Positions 39,491 through 54,091 are shown, counted from the stretch's first letter. The stretch is DNA of 64,000 bases from Octopus sinensis (GCF_006345805.1 NC_043001.1:24366001-24430000), one strand, 5' to 3'. Notes: a model not told the origin generated them from the letters alone. A program made the numbers and translations.

Positions 39491-40162
39491 ATATTTGAGA
39501 CAAATAATATTAACGTGTTCCAACATTCTAAGCTACGCTAGCATATGTTGAATAGTTTCTCACCTGTATGTACTGAATGATTTAGAAGTCAATGTTTTAC
39601 TGTTGGATGCATTTTTGTAATATGAATCAATCAACTGTGAAATGGAATTGATACCAAACCTACACACTACGTTTCAGTTAGTAGTCAAGCTATCTCACAG
39701 CATGAAGACTTATTCATGAGAAACAAAATATTCAGTCAGTCAATGAACTGAAATTTGATGGTTACATATCTAGCTGGTTAGCGCTTGCCTGAGAGGAAGC
39801 ATTCAGTAGAAACCTGCTAGGTGAAAGAATTAATGAATTAGACTAATTCAGAAAATATCATGTATTTTGCATCTGAACAAAAAAATATAATCTACTTGCC
39901 TCAATCAATCAATGCTCAGAAATAGAAATAAGTTTCACTGAATCATTTAAGAGAACTGAATTTTTATGTCTGGATCTGCAGGCTTACTGGTTGTGTGCAA
40001 AAATGATACTAAATGATGCAGCTGATGTCCTGTCAGTATTTGCTTAGATATTTTGTTATCTAATTAATCTTATCACGAAGAAAAATGATTTAATTTTGTT
40101 TTTTAAATAACGTTGATATTTTGGTGTAGTTTGTGGTCTATCTTGTTTTAATATTTTTTTAG

Positions 40163-40182
40163 CTCTTCTCAGTGTCAAGTAG
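40163..40182 (+). CDS. Predicted microexon with two donors: 16 nt (SSSQCQ, ends phase 0) or 20 nt (SSSQCQV, ends phase 1)
   Basis: Strong acceptor tcttgttttaatatttttttag; donors CAA|gtaggt (after 40178) and TAG|gttgtg (after 40182). Both join exon 27784 to open frames of exon 45945. Confidence 0.5.
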
Positions 40183-40644
40183 GTTGTGTGTTTTGAAAAT
40201 AACCACACTAAGATTTGTCTGAGTTTTCAAATGATTTATTTATGTCTTGCTAAGTTTATAGAGGTGCCTTCAATAAATTAATATTGTGAAAGTGGTACAG
40301 AGCATATAAATAACTGCATAAATAGTCATTGGTTGACACAACCAGTTAAGTCTTGTGAATAGGCAAGAAAGATGAGAGATTACCACAGGAAAAAATTTAC
40401 CAACCTGTACAAATCATGAAATAGCTCACTCTAATTTGAATTAGCTTGCCATTAAGTAACTGTTAGCCCAGAAGATTCTAGAGTCTATGTGGCAGGAAAA
40501 CTTGTATGCTTCCTCTGAAGTTACTGCTTCAGCCATAAATAAGTCAACCAATGTAGATAGATTCATGTAGGTGTTAATACATTTTATAGTAATTCTGTTC
40601 CTTTTATGGAAATATATTAGATCGTGATTTTAGACTGAGACAGT

Positions 40645-40866
40645 CTCTTTTACTCTTTTACATGTTTCAGTCATTTGACTGTGGCCAAGCTGGAGCACCG
40701 CCATTTAGTCGAGCAAATTGACCCCAGGACTTATTCTTTGTAAGCCTAGTATTTATTCTATCAGTCTCTTTTGCCGAACTGCTAAGTTATGGGGATGTAA
40801 CACACCAATATCGGTTTGGGGGACAAACACAGACACACAAACATATACATACATACATATATACAT

Positions 40867-40932
<66 letters not shown>

Positions 40933-41086
40933 TATACATACATATATATGGTGGGCTTCCTTCAGTTTCAGTCCACCAAATCCACTCACAAGGCTTTGGT
41001 CGGCCGAGGCTATAGTAGAAGACACTTGCCCAAGGTGCCACACAGTGGGACTGAACTCGGAACCATGTGATTGGTAAGCAAGCTAC
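40645..41086 (-). mobile_element. SINE family A
   Basis: Match to family A with an internal (TA)n tract. Confidence 0.9.
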
Positions 41087-42072
41087 AAATCTCAGCTGTA
41101 TATTTAAGATTTCTAATTTTGAAAGAGCCAATATCAAAATAGCCATCAATCATGACCTTGAAATATATCCTTGTTTCAGATGTACTCTGTAATTAAAAAA
41201 ACCTTTGTGCTAGAAAGAACATCTGAATGTAATGCATTGCTTCAGAAAATCTGTGAAACCCATGCTAACAGAGTAAAGTGAAAAGAAAATGATATAAAAT
41301 ATATTTTCTAAACAAGAATTTCTATTACAGAGAAGACACAATGTTATATTAGCAGTCAAGAAGAGATAAAGCTGTTTTCTTTAAATCGATGTTAGATGAG
41401 ATAGATTATGTGGCAAAAAATTGTATAAATATTTATTCTATAATTTCATGTACAAATATTTCTGTTTGAAAAAATAATTTTTTCGTTTGTTGAAATACAA
41501 TGAATCCTGTAGGAAATAATAGAATTAATTTATCAGTTATTGATTTGAGAGTTAAGGTCAATATTTGAGAATTCTTTAGAGATTTCCATTTTATTGACTT
41601 AGTCTTATGTTTTAAGGAGTTTTTAAACCATATTAATAAACACTAAGCTTTAAGTTGTTATCACAGAAAGCAATCAATGTTTATCTCAGTGATTCAATCA
41701 TTGAAGCAAGATGGTAATTAGTTTTGTCATCTTGTTCTTTAAAACGATATCTAGTGTTTTCCAAAATATGTAAACATTATTTTTCTTAGCAAAACTTTTG
41801 AGGTAAATTACTGTCAGTCAAGGTAAATGTTTTCCAAATGCTATCTTTCGCTTGTATGTGATTTAATAAAACTCAACATGTTTTGATAGTTTAATCTCTA
41901 CTTGTTATAAGGTAGTGTGTTGTAACATCTATGTGCTTCAGCTGGTTCTAAACTTATGAACAATCTTTTTTTTATTTTGTCTTAAGGGGTTTTTAATATA
42001 GAGCAATTAACCAAATTCATAAATTTTATATATCTCCATAATTAGCGACTTGCTTTAATGGTAACAAAATTT

Positions 42073-42481
42073 GGATCTTTTCGGTTTGAACGGCAGTTTT
42101 TTCTAGCGGTTACATATGAAATTGTCACCCATAATTATGACCCTAGTATCGATCTATTGCATTTCAATCTGTTTTAGGGTAAGGGGTGGGGAGAAGGGTA
42201 TCTTTTTTTCTTCAGAAATGTAAATTAACCCAATCTGTTTCTTAAACGAGGGACACATTCATACGGCACAGAATGTTTTCATCTCAATAGACGTCATTGA
42301 TTGGTTGAAATTGCAGAAATTTAAGAAAAAAAAACAAATATCTTACAAACTATAGAATTTTATCAAATAAGCCAAGAGAAAAATACGTTTTATAAACACA
42401 TTCTACCAGTATACGAAGTTTAAAGGTGTTTAGTTACGTGGGAATTATATTAAAAAACTGCCGTTCTAATCGAAAAGATCC
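42073..42481. mobile_element. MITE with ~29-bp TIRs and ~8-bp TSD (GG...CC termini; superfamily uncertain, possibly Merlin-like)
   Basis: GGATCTTTTCGGTTTGAACGGCAGTTTTT ... AAAAACTGCCGTTCTAATCGAAAAGATCC; flanks CAAAATTT/CAAAATTC. Confidence 0.8.
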
Positions 42482-45400
42482 CAAAATTCTTTATCTGATC
42501 TCAAGCTGATAAGTAAATAAGACGTTTTGTGGGAATTTAGAGGTGACCTTGTGTTTAGTTCTTTCAATTTTAATACATTAAAACATACTAATTGCATTGG
42601 TTTCTTACGTAAATCCAAGTCCACAAAGAACAAACAATAGAAGAGATTATTATGGCATTTATACCTTTCTCGAATGTATTAGTAGTTTAAGTGAAGGGAA
42701 GTGGCTTCAATTGACAAAACCTAATTACATTATTTTGTTCCCTGGGAATTCACTTCCTACCTGTATTCATCAAAATACTCAATGCTATCAATAACAATAT
42801 TTTTACTGTCTTTCACACTTTAACATACATTAATATTTTTCTTTCAGATTAATCTTTCTTTATTCTCACTAAATGTTACTTTACATTTAAATACTGCCTC
42901 GAATGTGCTATACATTTGAATAGTGTACCTTATAATTAAGTAGAAATCTATAATACATCACTTCAAGGTATCCATGAGAAACGAAATTTCCTTTGTTATA
43001 AACAAGTGTAGTAATAGAGACTATTCATGAGAAAGTTTTTATTACTCTTTTTCTTAGAGCACTTTTCTTTACATAGAATCTAATTTATAATGACTCTGTT
43101 AGCAATTTATTGATCCCAGCTAGATGTATTTTAATTACCATCTTAATCCACTATTCAAATAGATATCTGTTATGATTGGTAATAATTAGTGGAATCCATT
43201 TCGCTAGTCTTGCTTTTAAACATTCTCAAATGTAGCTAACTTATTTTATTCGTTTCATTATGGTAACTGTTTTAGCAAAGCTAATTGCATTAGTGCTTTA
43301 GTGTGAATAATAGCTGCAACATTAACTCAGTGATACAGTTTGTAATCATAAATTTTAAGTTGTTACATGTAGGCTATTCACTTCTGGGAGTAAGCATTGA
43401 CATTGCACACTGTACATTCAATATGGAAATGAATAGCCTTTTGAAGGCACAGAGAATTCATCATTTTGTTTAGATTGTTATCTTTTTCATTCTTAAAATA
43501 ATACCAAGCACATACTGCGAAATTTGTTACCAAAGTTGACCATATCTAGTCACTTCTTATACTATATCGGGAACTTCATTAAACATGATTTTGTACTATT
43601 TGTAGTCATTTTAAGATTTGGCAGTCGATAATGGTTACACTATATTTTGCAGATATGATTTAATAAGACCAAAACATGTTTGGACTTGTCACTGTGTTAT
43701 TCAAGATCAAACCTATTATTCACTACATTTAAACTTTAATTAATTTAAACTTTGTGGTTGTCTCACCCTGCTTTTCTTGACCAGAATTAATCATTAAGGT
43801 AATGATTTCACCCACTTCTTACAAAAAGCATTAATTCAATTAATCAAATTTCTTAGCTCACTACATTAAAAATATTAGCACCAACTTACTATTAGTGTAG
43901 GAAGCAGTTTGTCAATGTGGAGAACATTGAATAGAGCTATCCTAAAAAACATGTCAGCCATTTTTGAGGTCAGTAAATTATTTTCTTTGTCTCGATGTCT
44001 AGAACCCAAAATAGTTGGGAGGAAGAACTAATGAGGCTTGCAATAAGACTGAAAATCCAGCTGAAAAAAGTTGTACCTTGATGCTATTGATACAACCCAA
44101 ACCCACCCCAAATCTCCTAAACTCACACCAGAGAGTATAGCAACACACCATCATAAGCACGCTCAATCAATAACTTTAGTGTGGCTCCTGTATTGTTTTC
44201 CGAGGTGTTATGGCTCATGTTCTAATATTCCTCATTACCACCATAACGATAATGAGCTATTATCTAACTATCTTGTCTTACCTTTTAAAGATACATACCT
44301 TAGTATATTAAAACACAAACAATACCTTTGGTGGGTCTCTACGTTTTTCTAGGTATTATGGCTAAAATATGCAAAGTGATACACCTTTTTGTAGTACCAG
44401 TATATTCTACAAAATGAGAAATACACAATCATTGTTTCATCTTTCAGATGCATACATAAATAAATAATTTTTCATTGGTTGAATTAGAGGAGGTCTTCAC
44501 AATCATTTTAAGACCAAAACCAGTTTCCCAACTTCATTCCTTGCCAAAATATCGCATTCTGAAAGTCACAAAACTTTGACTGTGTTTTCTTAGGTTTTTA
44601 AGTTGTGGCACTTACAACGGTCTGTTACTAAATGCCTCATTTGTAATTGTTAAAAAATCATGTAAAAAATTTTTGAATGTCTTCTAGTTGACATGTCCTT
44701 TGGAAAAATAAAACAAAAGAAAGAAAAAGCCTGATTCGATTTATGCTTCAAACAACATCAATGAAACATTAGCAGCATTGTATAATTTATCATTGTAGGG
44801 AAAAATCATACTTTAGCACTATGCCAACAGTACCTGCCATGTGTGATAGTGTAGCAACTTTTTTGTAGCTACTCATAAAAAAACAACTGCTTTTATTTTC
44901 AAGACAGAATCACTACATCATAGGATTGATTATATCATATTTAGCAACTTCTGCCAGCAGAAACATCACAGATCACAAAGTTCTTTCATTTAAAGAACAT
45001 TTGAATGACTAAATATTGGGAATGGATTTTTCAGCAACAGATGACAGCAGTGATAGTAATCATTATAATGATTTTTCCTTATGTTTAATAATGATGTTCA
45101 TATTGTATATGTTAGTTTACCTTTAATTATTTGATCAATTATTTTCATATCATTTGCATGTTGGCCTTAATTAAAGAACAAAAGTTGTTTGATTTTCTAC
45201 TTCACTGAGAATATCTAATAAGAATGAAACACATCCCTTGATTCTATTGGTTTTAAGAACAAGATCCACTCCCATCAGTACCATCTTCATTTTAAGCATC
45301 TCAAGAAGTTTCTGTTTACATGCAGTATCAGTGATCTCAGCAAAGTTTTACAGCTCACTATAATAGATGTGCAAGAGCCTTTAGTGTCTGATTTAAGCTT

Positions 45401-45944
45401 CAAACCCTGCATGTTCATTTGGTCAACAAGAACAGAGATAAAAAAGACCTTTCTTGCATACAGCTTTTATTTTAATATTGAAGCATTTTAAAGAAATGGC
45501 ATAGATTTTATATAAAATTATTGATGTAGTTATAAAGATTTCAAATGTTTTCTCTATCCTTTGAATTTTTACATTTCAGTAGAGAAGAGGAAAGGGAATA
45601 AATTAGAATATTGACCAACAATAGTTGTTAGTGAAGAAAATAATGTCATGAAATAATTAACAGAACATAAAAAAGACTTTCATCTTAATTACCTTTTATT
45701 GCAACCAATAAATAATCTTAAGTAAAACAAATCACTTCCTACAAAAGTGACACTCTCCAGCTCTGTCTAAAAAAACATTTGATAATAATGATACTAAATT
45801 ATTCAGTAAAATAATTTGGGTATTTAACCCACAATATCGTGCTTATGTGTCTGCCAGCAAATGTATTTCTTGTTCAACGTTGATGGAGTTCATCAGTTTC
45901 AGTATTGTTAATAATCTGAGTTCTTTTTGTTGTTTGGTGACTAG

Positions 45945-46000
45945 ACCTTAGAAAGTCTAAAGTTGAAAGACGAAGAATAGTGAAAACAAGCGCCTTATAA
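45945..46000 (+). CDS. Predicted terminal coding exon: TLESLKLKDEE* (stop ends 45980) or (D)LRKSKVERRRIVKTSAL* (stop ends 46000)
   Basis: Acceptor ttctttttgttgtttggtgactag, two open frames, then a TE-poor AT-rich tract with AATAAA at 46071, 46865, ~47297 and 47522. Confidence 0.55.
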
Positions 46001-49000
46001 AGAGTTATGGTAGCTCAAACGAAGCCTCCTATCCAAAGGTCGTGATCGGTTGCTTTTCACTCTGGCGTGAAATAAATAGGGAGACAAACCGCGCTAGATG
46101 CCAACCAATCAGATCAGTGGACACAACAAGGTCAAACCAACCAAAGATGGCTGTAATATCAAACAAGATCATTCTTATTGTGTTTCTCAAACAGTGAAGA
46201 TATCAGATACACTACAAATCATTTTATAGCAAGACTAAATATACATTCTTATGCAGAGCTAATCCATTTGCTGTATGATGTATTTCCTTATCATTGAAAT
46301 TGTATTCACTTGTCGAATTTAGAAGAAAAACCACCAGATACCTATATAATGGTTATTCTCTGACCAGAGAATATACAATATATTCATAGTAATATCAAGT
46401 TATATATATATATATATATATATACGTCATAGTTATATCAAGCTGATAAAATCCAGTAACATTGAAATTGCAATACTTTTGTTAAAATGATATTGTGTGC
46501 TTACTGTAGAGGTTTTCATCTGAACATTATTTTACACTAAATCTCTTATATGGAACTAATTCTGCTATTTGCTGTGTAGTGTATTACGTAAATACTTGTT
46601 TTATTTGTTAGTTACAATGAACTCCTCATTAAAATAGATTCCATCTGAAGGAGTCAAATAAATAGGCTTAATGCAAATTATTGTTAATTAACCCAACTTT
46701 CTAGCTTTTGTGGGGTTTTTTCCTTTGCATATATCCTCTTAGAATGTCAATTTCTTCCACGTTTTTTTCATTAACTTATAATATTATTATATTTAAACCT
46801 TCTTTAAGACCAGGTTTTTCTTTCTTTTTTTTTTTTGCATGGTTGCAGTCTAATGACTGAAACAAATAAAAAAATAAACTATATTTCCTACATATTATCA
46901 TTTATCCAGGTGCTAAGCTTATAAAGATAATAATTAAGATATTTTTATTTGAGGTTAAATAACATTAAATTGGAGAGACTCAATGTATTAACATTTTTCA
47001 GTCAGTCAGTTCACCTTTGATATAATTAAAAGCACAGAATACAAAACACCTCCACATTAACTTTCCTACTATTTTCTCAGGCAATTTCTCTATTTATCAG
47101 TGATAGAATTTGCTTTTAGGGTAATTTCTCTATATTTATCTGACTGAATTTGCTTTAGGAAAATTTACATTTCTCTTTTTTAAATCATGTTCATGTTTTG
47201 TCTGGAGGTGTTTTCACATTCATAAGTTTTATAATGAAGTCTTTGATTGCTGTTCTGCTTCTGTCACTTGAAGTATGTTTCTGCATTGTAAACTAGAATA
47301 AATATTTAAAATTTAATTTCTTATTAGTAACTCAAGTTTCTCTCATGCACTTTTCTTTCTTACTAATCATTGAAAAAAGAATGTACTAAAAAAGTATCGT
47401 TGTGAGATAAAATTATATCGATGTTCTTGACTATTGATCAACACAGCAACACTGGAGTATATCAGTATCTTAACATGTAATTCATAATTTTGACAAAACA
47501 AGCTATCCTCTAAACTATGATAATAAATAAAAGAAAATCATGGAGTCAACAAAATTTTAAATTTATGAGATGTCAAATACAGAAATCAACGAGGATATTT
47601 CCCAAGATATTGTTGTCATAGATGTATTGCAAAACTGCCGGATTAAATTTTAAAAACAAGTAAGCCATTTTGCAATATTTTAATATGAAGTTGAAATGTT
47701 GGGAAATATTTAATGATTCCAAATGAATATAACAGTGGTTAACCTTTTTGTTACCAACTCATCTCTGACTGGCCTTGGTTCTATGATATAAACTTTCAAT
47801 TTTAAAGTGGTCTAAATTAAAACCTTTTATCAATATTTCATGTTAATTTATGTTCCAAGATTTAGCTTAAGTGACAAAGCTATTTTACTACAGTCTTCAT
47901 TGTTTTTAAAATTAATTTGCTACCCTATTACATCAGAAATATGGTAGCAAAAAGGACTATACCATGTTTCCACCTAACTTGAGATCTGTAATTTTATATT
48001 GCTTCATTTGTCCTTCCTTGTCAAGCATCATTGCTGTGCTAAGAGTTGACAAAGTTATAGTAATATCTACATTGGATTGATGTTCACATGCTCACTGCTA
48101 CACAGATCAATATCCTGCAAATCATTATAAGATAACCATATGACTGTTCAACAAACAACCACTAACTCACAGATTTGTTATTTTACCTCTCTGCTTTTTC
48201 TATCATTACTACAATGGTCTCTGTCTCAGACACTCTTAATTCAAAACTGTCAAATGCATCTGTTTCTTCTCTTGTCATTCCTGAGTTGTAGACTTAGTCT
48301 GTCACCCAATTTAACACAACCAAGTTGCTCTCACCTTAAGTACCTTAAGTGGAAACTACTTTTTTGGAAAAGTTAAAACAAGATTTCTGGTTTGAATATG
48401 CTTTTCTCTGTCCCTCTCTCTCTCTTTCTACCTCCTGCTAGTCTCAGAGGTGCTTAAAGGGTCAGGAGAATTGGCCTCCTGCCTAGAAGATTATGCATTT
48501 AGCACCTTCCTAGACATTACTCTCCAGAACTAGCCCCTTCTAGAATTCCCTACCATTTCTCATTTTACTTCAGATATCAGATTGCAGATGTCTTATTCTG
48601 AACCTTAGCTGCATTGATCATTGATCTCACTAGTCTTGGAGAGTCAGTAGAGTTCATAGACACTTCTTCATCCGAAAAAAAAAAAAAAACCAAAGAAAAC
48701 AGAAAGATAGAAAGAAAAGTTCATTTTCCTCATACTAATTAATTCATTTCCATTTTCTGACGCTGGCTTATGATGGATATCTCTGTAGAATACTATATTC
48801 AAAACACTGTAATGTCTACGTTATTTTGGCAGTGTTTTGCAGACAGGTATGCACTAATAAGAAAAAAATGTGTGTGGACATGTGCGTTTATGAATGTGTG
48901 TATATTCAGATTATGAGAGTCAATATGTTTATGCCTATGTATATGCATGCATATTTGCGTCGATATATGTGAATGCGTTTATCTTGCATCAGTGTATGTT

Positions 49001-49396
49001 TGTATGAAAAAGTGTTTGAAGCTATACATTAGGGATAAACATCATTTGCAATGGTATATTAGTATGTAAATAATAGATGTTGTTCAAACTTAGAAATTTT
49101 GCTAACATTTTACATAACTCTGATCAATACTTGTGTTTGCATTCTTTCATGTGCATATTGGCATATTCTGAGTGATTGCGTCTGGAGTCAGCATATATGT
49201 ATATGTGTGTGTCTGTATGTGTGTGTGTGTGTAAGATGGTTACTCTGTATGTAATATGTTTGGTTATCAATTGGTGCCACTCCTACATCATAGCTGAGTG
49301 AATATATAAATGTATAGACATATCCAAAATCCAAGACTGGCTCTTAGGTTTCCAAAGCTAATGGAACCATTCTAAAATGGAATATATATATATATA

Positions 49397-50158
<762 letters not shown>

Positions 50159-50324
50159 TATATATATATATATATATATATATAACAGTGTTATAAAAGA
50201 GCAGAAATGACAACAATGGGGCGGGAGACAAATGTGGTTAAAAGGGAAGAACAAATAAGACAGGGTCAGTAGTAAGAAAAGGTAAGGTAGAGTGGACAAA
50301 AAGGGAAAATAGTATATGTGTGTG

Positions 50325-51012
50325 TGGAGGCACATGGCCTAGTGGTTAGAGCAGTTTATTCACAGTCGAGGGACCGTGGGTTCGAATCTCAGACCGGGCA
50401 ATATGTGTTGTGTTTATGAGTGAAACACCTAAGCTCCATGCAGCTTTGGCAGAAGGTAATGGTGAACTTCTCTTTACTCTTTTACTTGTTTCAGTCATGT
50501 GACTGTGGCCATGCTGGAGCACCGCCTTTAGTCAAGCAAACCGACCCCAGGACTTATTCTTTGTAAGCCTAGTACTTATTCTATTGGTCTCTTTTGCTGA
50601 ACCGCTAAGTTACAGGGACATAAACACACCAGCATCGGTTGTCAAGCAATGTTTTGGGGACAAACACAGACACACAAACATACACACACATACATATATA
50701 TATTCAAATATACGATGGGCTTCTTTCAGTTTCCGTCTACCAAATCCACTCACAAGGCTTTGGTCGGCCCAAGGCTACAGTAGAAGATACTTGCCCAAGA
50801 TGCCACACAGTGGGACTGAACCCAGAACCCTGTGGTTCATAAGCAAGCTACTTACCACACAGGCACTTTTGCCACGACTTTCCCTCACTCTTTCTTCCTG
50901 CATCTAGCAGGTCACATGTGACAGACCAGCATCTCATCCAGGTGGGGAACCTATATGGCAATGAAACCAAGAAACTGGCCTTTATGAGCCAGGCATGGCT
51001 CAGGAAGGAACA
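50325..51012 (+). mobile_element. SINE family C interrupted by an antisense family A SINE
   Basis: Head 50325-50471 and body 50864-51012 are colinear with the 34748 copy. Confidence 0.85.
50472..50863 (-). mobile_element. SINE family A (nested)
   Basis: Match to family A. Confidence 0.9.
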
Positions 51013-51279
51013 GAAAAAAAATATGTGTATATTATCTATCTATCTATATTTGTCATTCTGTCTGTTATAACAACGTGGCACAGGGAGATGACAAAGGAGG
51101 ATATGAACAATCAGGAGAAATATAATAGATGCAGACATGCTCAGTCCCTCATCAGTTATTGATCAAATATCATTGCAATTTTGACACACATGCACACTCA
51201 TCCATATATATATATATATATATATATAATAAATATTAGGGAATATTAGGTTTTGTCTCTAATAATATTTTATATATAT

Positions 51280-51347
<68 letters not shown>

Positions 51348-51377
51348 TATATATATATATATACACATATACATACA

Positions 51378-51685
51378 TGGTGGCGCAATGGCCCAGTGGT
51401 TAGGGCAGTGGACTCACAGTTGTAGGATCGCGCTTTCGATTCCCAGACCGGGCGTTGTGAGTGTTTATTGAGCGAAAACACCTAAAGCTCCATTAGGCTC
51501 CAGCAGGGGGTGGTGGCAATCCCTGCTGTACTCTTTCACCACAACTTTCTCTCACTCTTTCTTCTGTTGGCCTGCTCACTTAGCTAGCAAGGTAGTGTCA
51601 TTTGAAGGCTAAAACAATGCGAAGCGCATTGTGACCAGCAATGTGTAGCAACATCTGATAGCCTGATCAGTCACAGTGATCACAG
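51378..51685 (+). mobile_element. SINE with a family C head and a different 3' region
   Basis: Matches 2720/28771 up to CTTTCTCTCACTCTTTCTTC, then diverges. Confidence 0.75.
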
Positions 51686-52484
51686 ATATATACACACACA
51701 CACACACACACATATGTACACACATACACACACACACACATATAAGGCCTGATTATCAAACTCTTTAATTGAATGCTTTTAAGTTCACCAATCAGTCACC
51801 CCAGAATAGTCGATCCATCATAATGCTGGTGACAAAAAGTCAGGGTAATTCTGTATTTAGTAACGATAATGACCAATATATTCTCTTCTGAAAATCTTTA
51901 TTACTTATAATATTTTCAACATTATTATGCAAATAGAATAATATTTTTTAAACTCAAAGCATTTAAATAGTCAAATTTTAAACATTGTCTAGTTTTTAAG
52001 TTGTTTTAATTCTTTTAATGGTATCATTTTAATATTCATATATAGCAGATACCGACATGTACTGACAGATACAAAGCAGATTAAAGAATGACATTTTGCA
52101 AAAAATCAACATAATCTTAATATGTTCTACCTTTCGCTAATAAAAATGTATTTTGGAATGAATATATTACCATATTTATTTCCTGGAACATTAAATAGCT
52201 CATTACACATCCATTGCACATATGTGAAAAGCTACGCATTAATTCAATAGATACTTCAGGTTTCTCTCATCATCGTCATCATCCTCATCATAATTACTAT
52301 TTAACATCTGCTTTTCATGCTGGCATGGGTTGAATGGTTTGACAAGATCTAGTGATCTAAAGGGCTGCATCAAGCTCTAGTATCATCTTTGTCATGGTTT
52401 CTATGGCTGGATGCCCTTCCTAATGTCGACCACTTTACAGCATGTAGTGGGTGTATCTTCCATGTCACTGGTATTGCAATGTGA

Positions 52485-52884
52485 TGAGCTGGCAGAAGTG
52501 ATAGCACACTGGGCGAAATGCCTAGCGGTATTTCATCTGCCGTTACATTCTGAGTTCAAATTCTGCCGAGGTTGACTTTGCCTTTCATCTTTTTGGGGTC
52601 GATTAAATAAGTACCAGTTACACACTGGGGTCGATATAATCGACTTAATCCGTTTGTCTGTCCTTGTTTGTTCCCTCTGTGTTTAGCCCCTTGTGGGTAG
52701 TAAAGAAATAGGTATTTCAGCTGCTGTTACGTTCTAAGTTCAAATTCTGCTGAGGTCAACTTTACCTTTCATCCTTTCAGGGTCGATTAAATAAGTACCA
52801 ATTAATCACTGGGGTCGATGTAATCGACTTAATCCCTTTGTTTGTCCAAACCATGTTTAGCCCCCTGTGGGTAATAAAGAAATA
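52485..52884 (+). mobile_element. Dimeric SINE family E
   Basis: Two tandem bodies, each with GTTCAAATTC and the Meta-like domain and each ending TAAAGAAATA. Confidence 0.85.
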
Positions 52885-52979
52885 AATGTGAAATAAATAA
52901 GTGCTTTTGCTAAAATATTTCCAATGTGAGATAGAGTTCATGAATTAAAAGTTGGTCATTAATATTATATTATTTAATA

Positions 52980-53200
52980 AAGTGGCAAGCACAGAGGGTG
53001 GAATGCTTAGTGGCATTTCGTCTATCTTACATTCTGAGTTCAAATTCTGCTGAGGCTGACTTTGTCTTTCATCCTTTTGGTGGTGGGTGGTGGTGGGGGG
53101 GGAGGGGTCAATTAAATAATTACCAATTGAGCACTGGGGATGATATAATTAACTTACACCCTCCCCCAAAACTGCTGGCCTTGTACCAAAATTTGAAACC
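52980..53200 (+). mobile_element. SINE family E variant (GGCCTTGTACCAAAATTTGAAACC tail)
   Basis: Shares head and Meta-like domain; tail as in the 21010 and 27420 copies. Confidence 0.7.
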
Positions 53201-53676
53201 AATGTTACATTATTCAAAACCAAAGCAAACTATTTATTTAAACAAAACTCACCACATCATAAAGAAAGACACCAGCTTCAAGAATTCATGTGGCCTAATG
53301 ATTAGGGTGCTGCAGTCATGATCGTCAGATCGTGGGTTCAATTCCCAGACAGGGTGGTGTGTTGTATTCTTGAGCAAAATACTTCATCTCACATTGCTCT
53401 AGTGCTGTGTGGGGACCAACATACCAAAGAATAGACCCAATATTTCTTCTGCATGTTATAAAAGTGACTAATAGAGATTAAGATAGGATTTGCACTCAGA
53501 CATCATAAAACCCTCACCAGCAATGACAACCCAAACAGGCCCATGTGTTCGAGGGTTGTATCCTGGATGGTACAAAGGTGTCATCTGCCAGGAATCACCA
53601 ACAAATGGTAGATGCAGCAATGTGCTGTTACAGCATATAACTGCTTTATAACCCCCCCCCCATGTAAAAAAAATAG

Positions 53677-53927
53677 ATGTTCCTTCTTGAGCCATGTCAG
53701 GCTTATAAGGGCCGGTTTCCTGGTTTTAGTTGTGTAGAAATTCCCCACCTGAACAGGATGCTGGTCCGCCAATGGATTACTCATTTTTGCCAGCTGAGTG
53801 GACTGGAGCAACGTGAAAATGAGGTGGTTTGCTCAAGAACACAATGCATCGCCCGGTTCAGGAATTGAAACCACAACCTTACGATCACGAGTTCAACACC
53901 CTAACCACTAAGCCACGTGCCTCCACC
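53677..53927 (-). mobile_element. Mosaic SINE: family D head and core with a family C tail
   Basis: Head GGAGGCACGTGGCTTAGTGG plus GTTGCTCCAGTCCACTCAGCTG; tail matches 30553-30640. Confidence 0.8.
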
Positions 53928-54091
53928 TCTCCCATGTTACTTGCTTCTAAAATCTGTTTTGAATATTAAATTACATAATTCATTTCTATTTTAGCTATCT
54001 AATAATTAATTATCTAATTATTTATTTCAGCATAGAATAACAGACAAGATAAACATAATTATATTTTTCCTGATTTGTTGCCTGCTATTAA

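Noticed and set aside
39105-39551. His-rich, Met-rich and Ile-rich ORFs
   Set aside because: (GAT)n microsatellite read in different frames.
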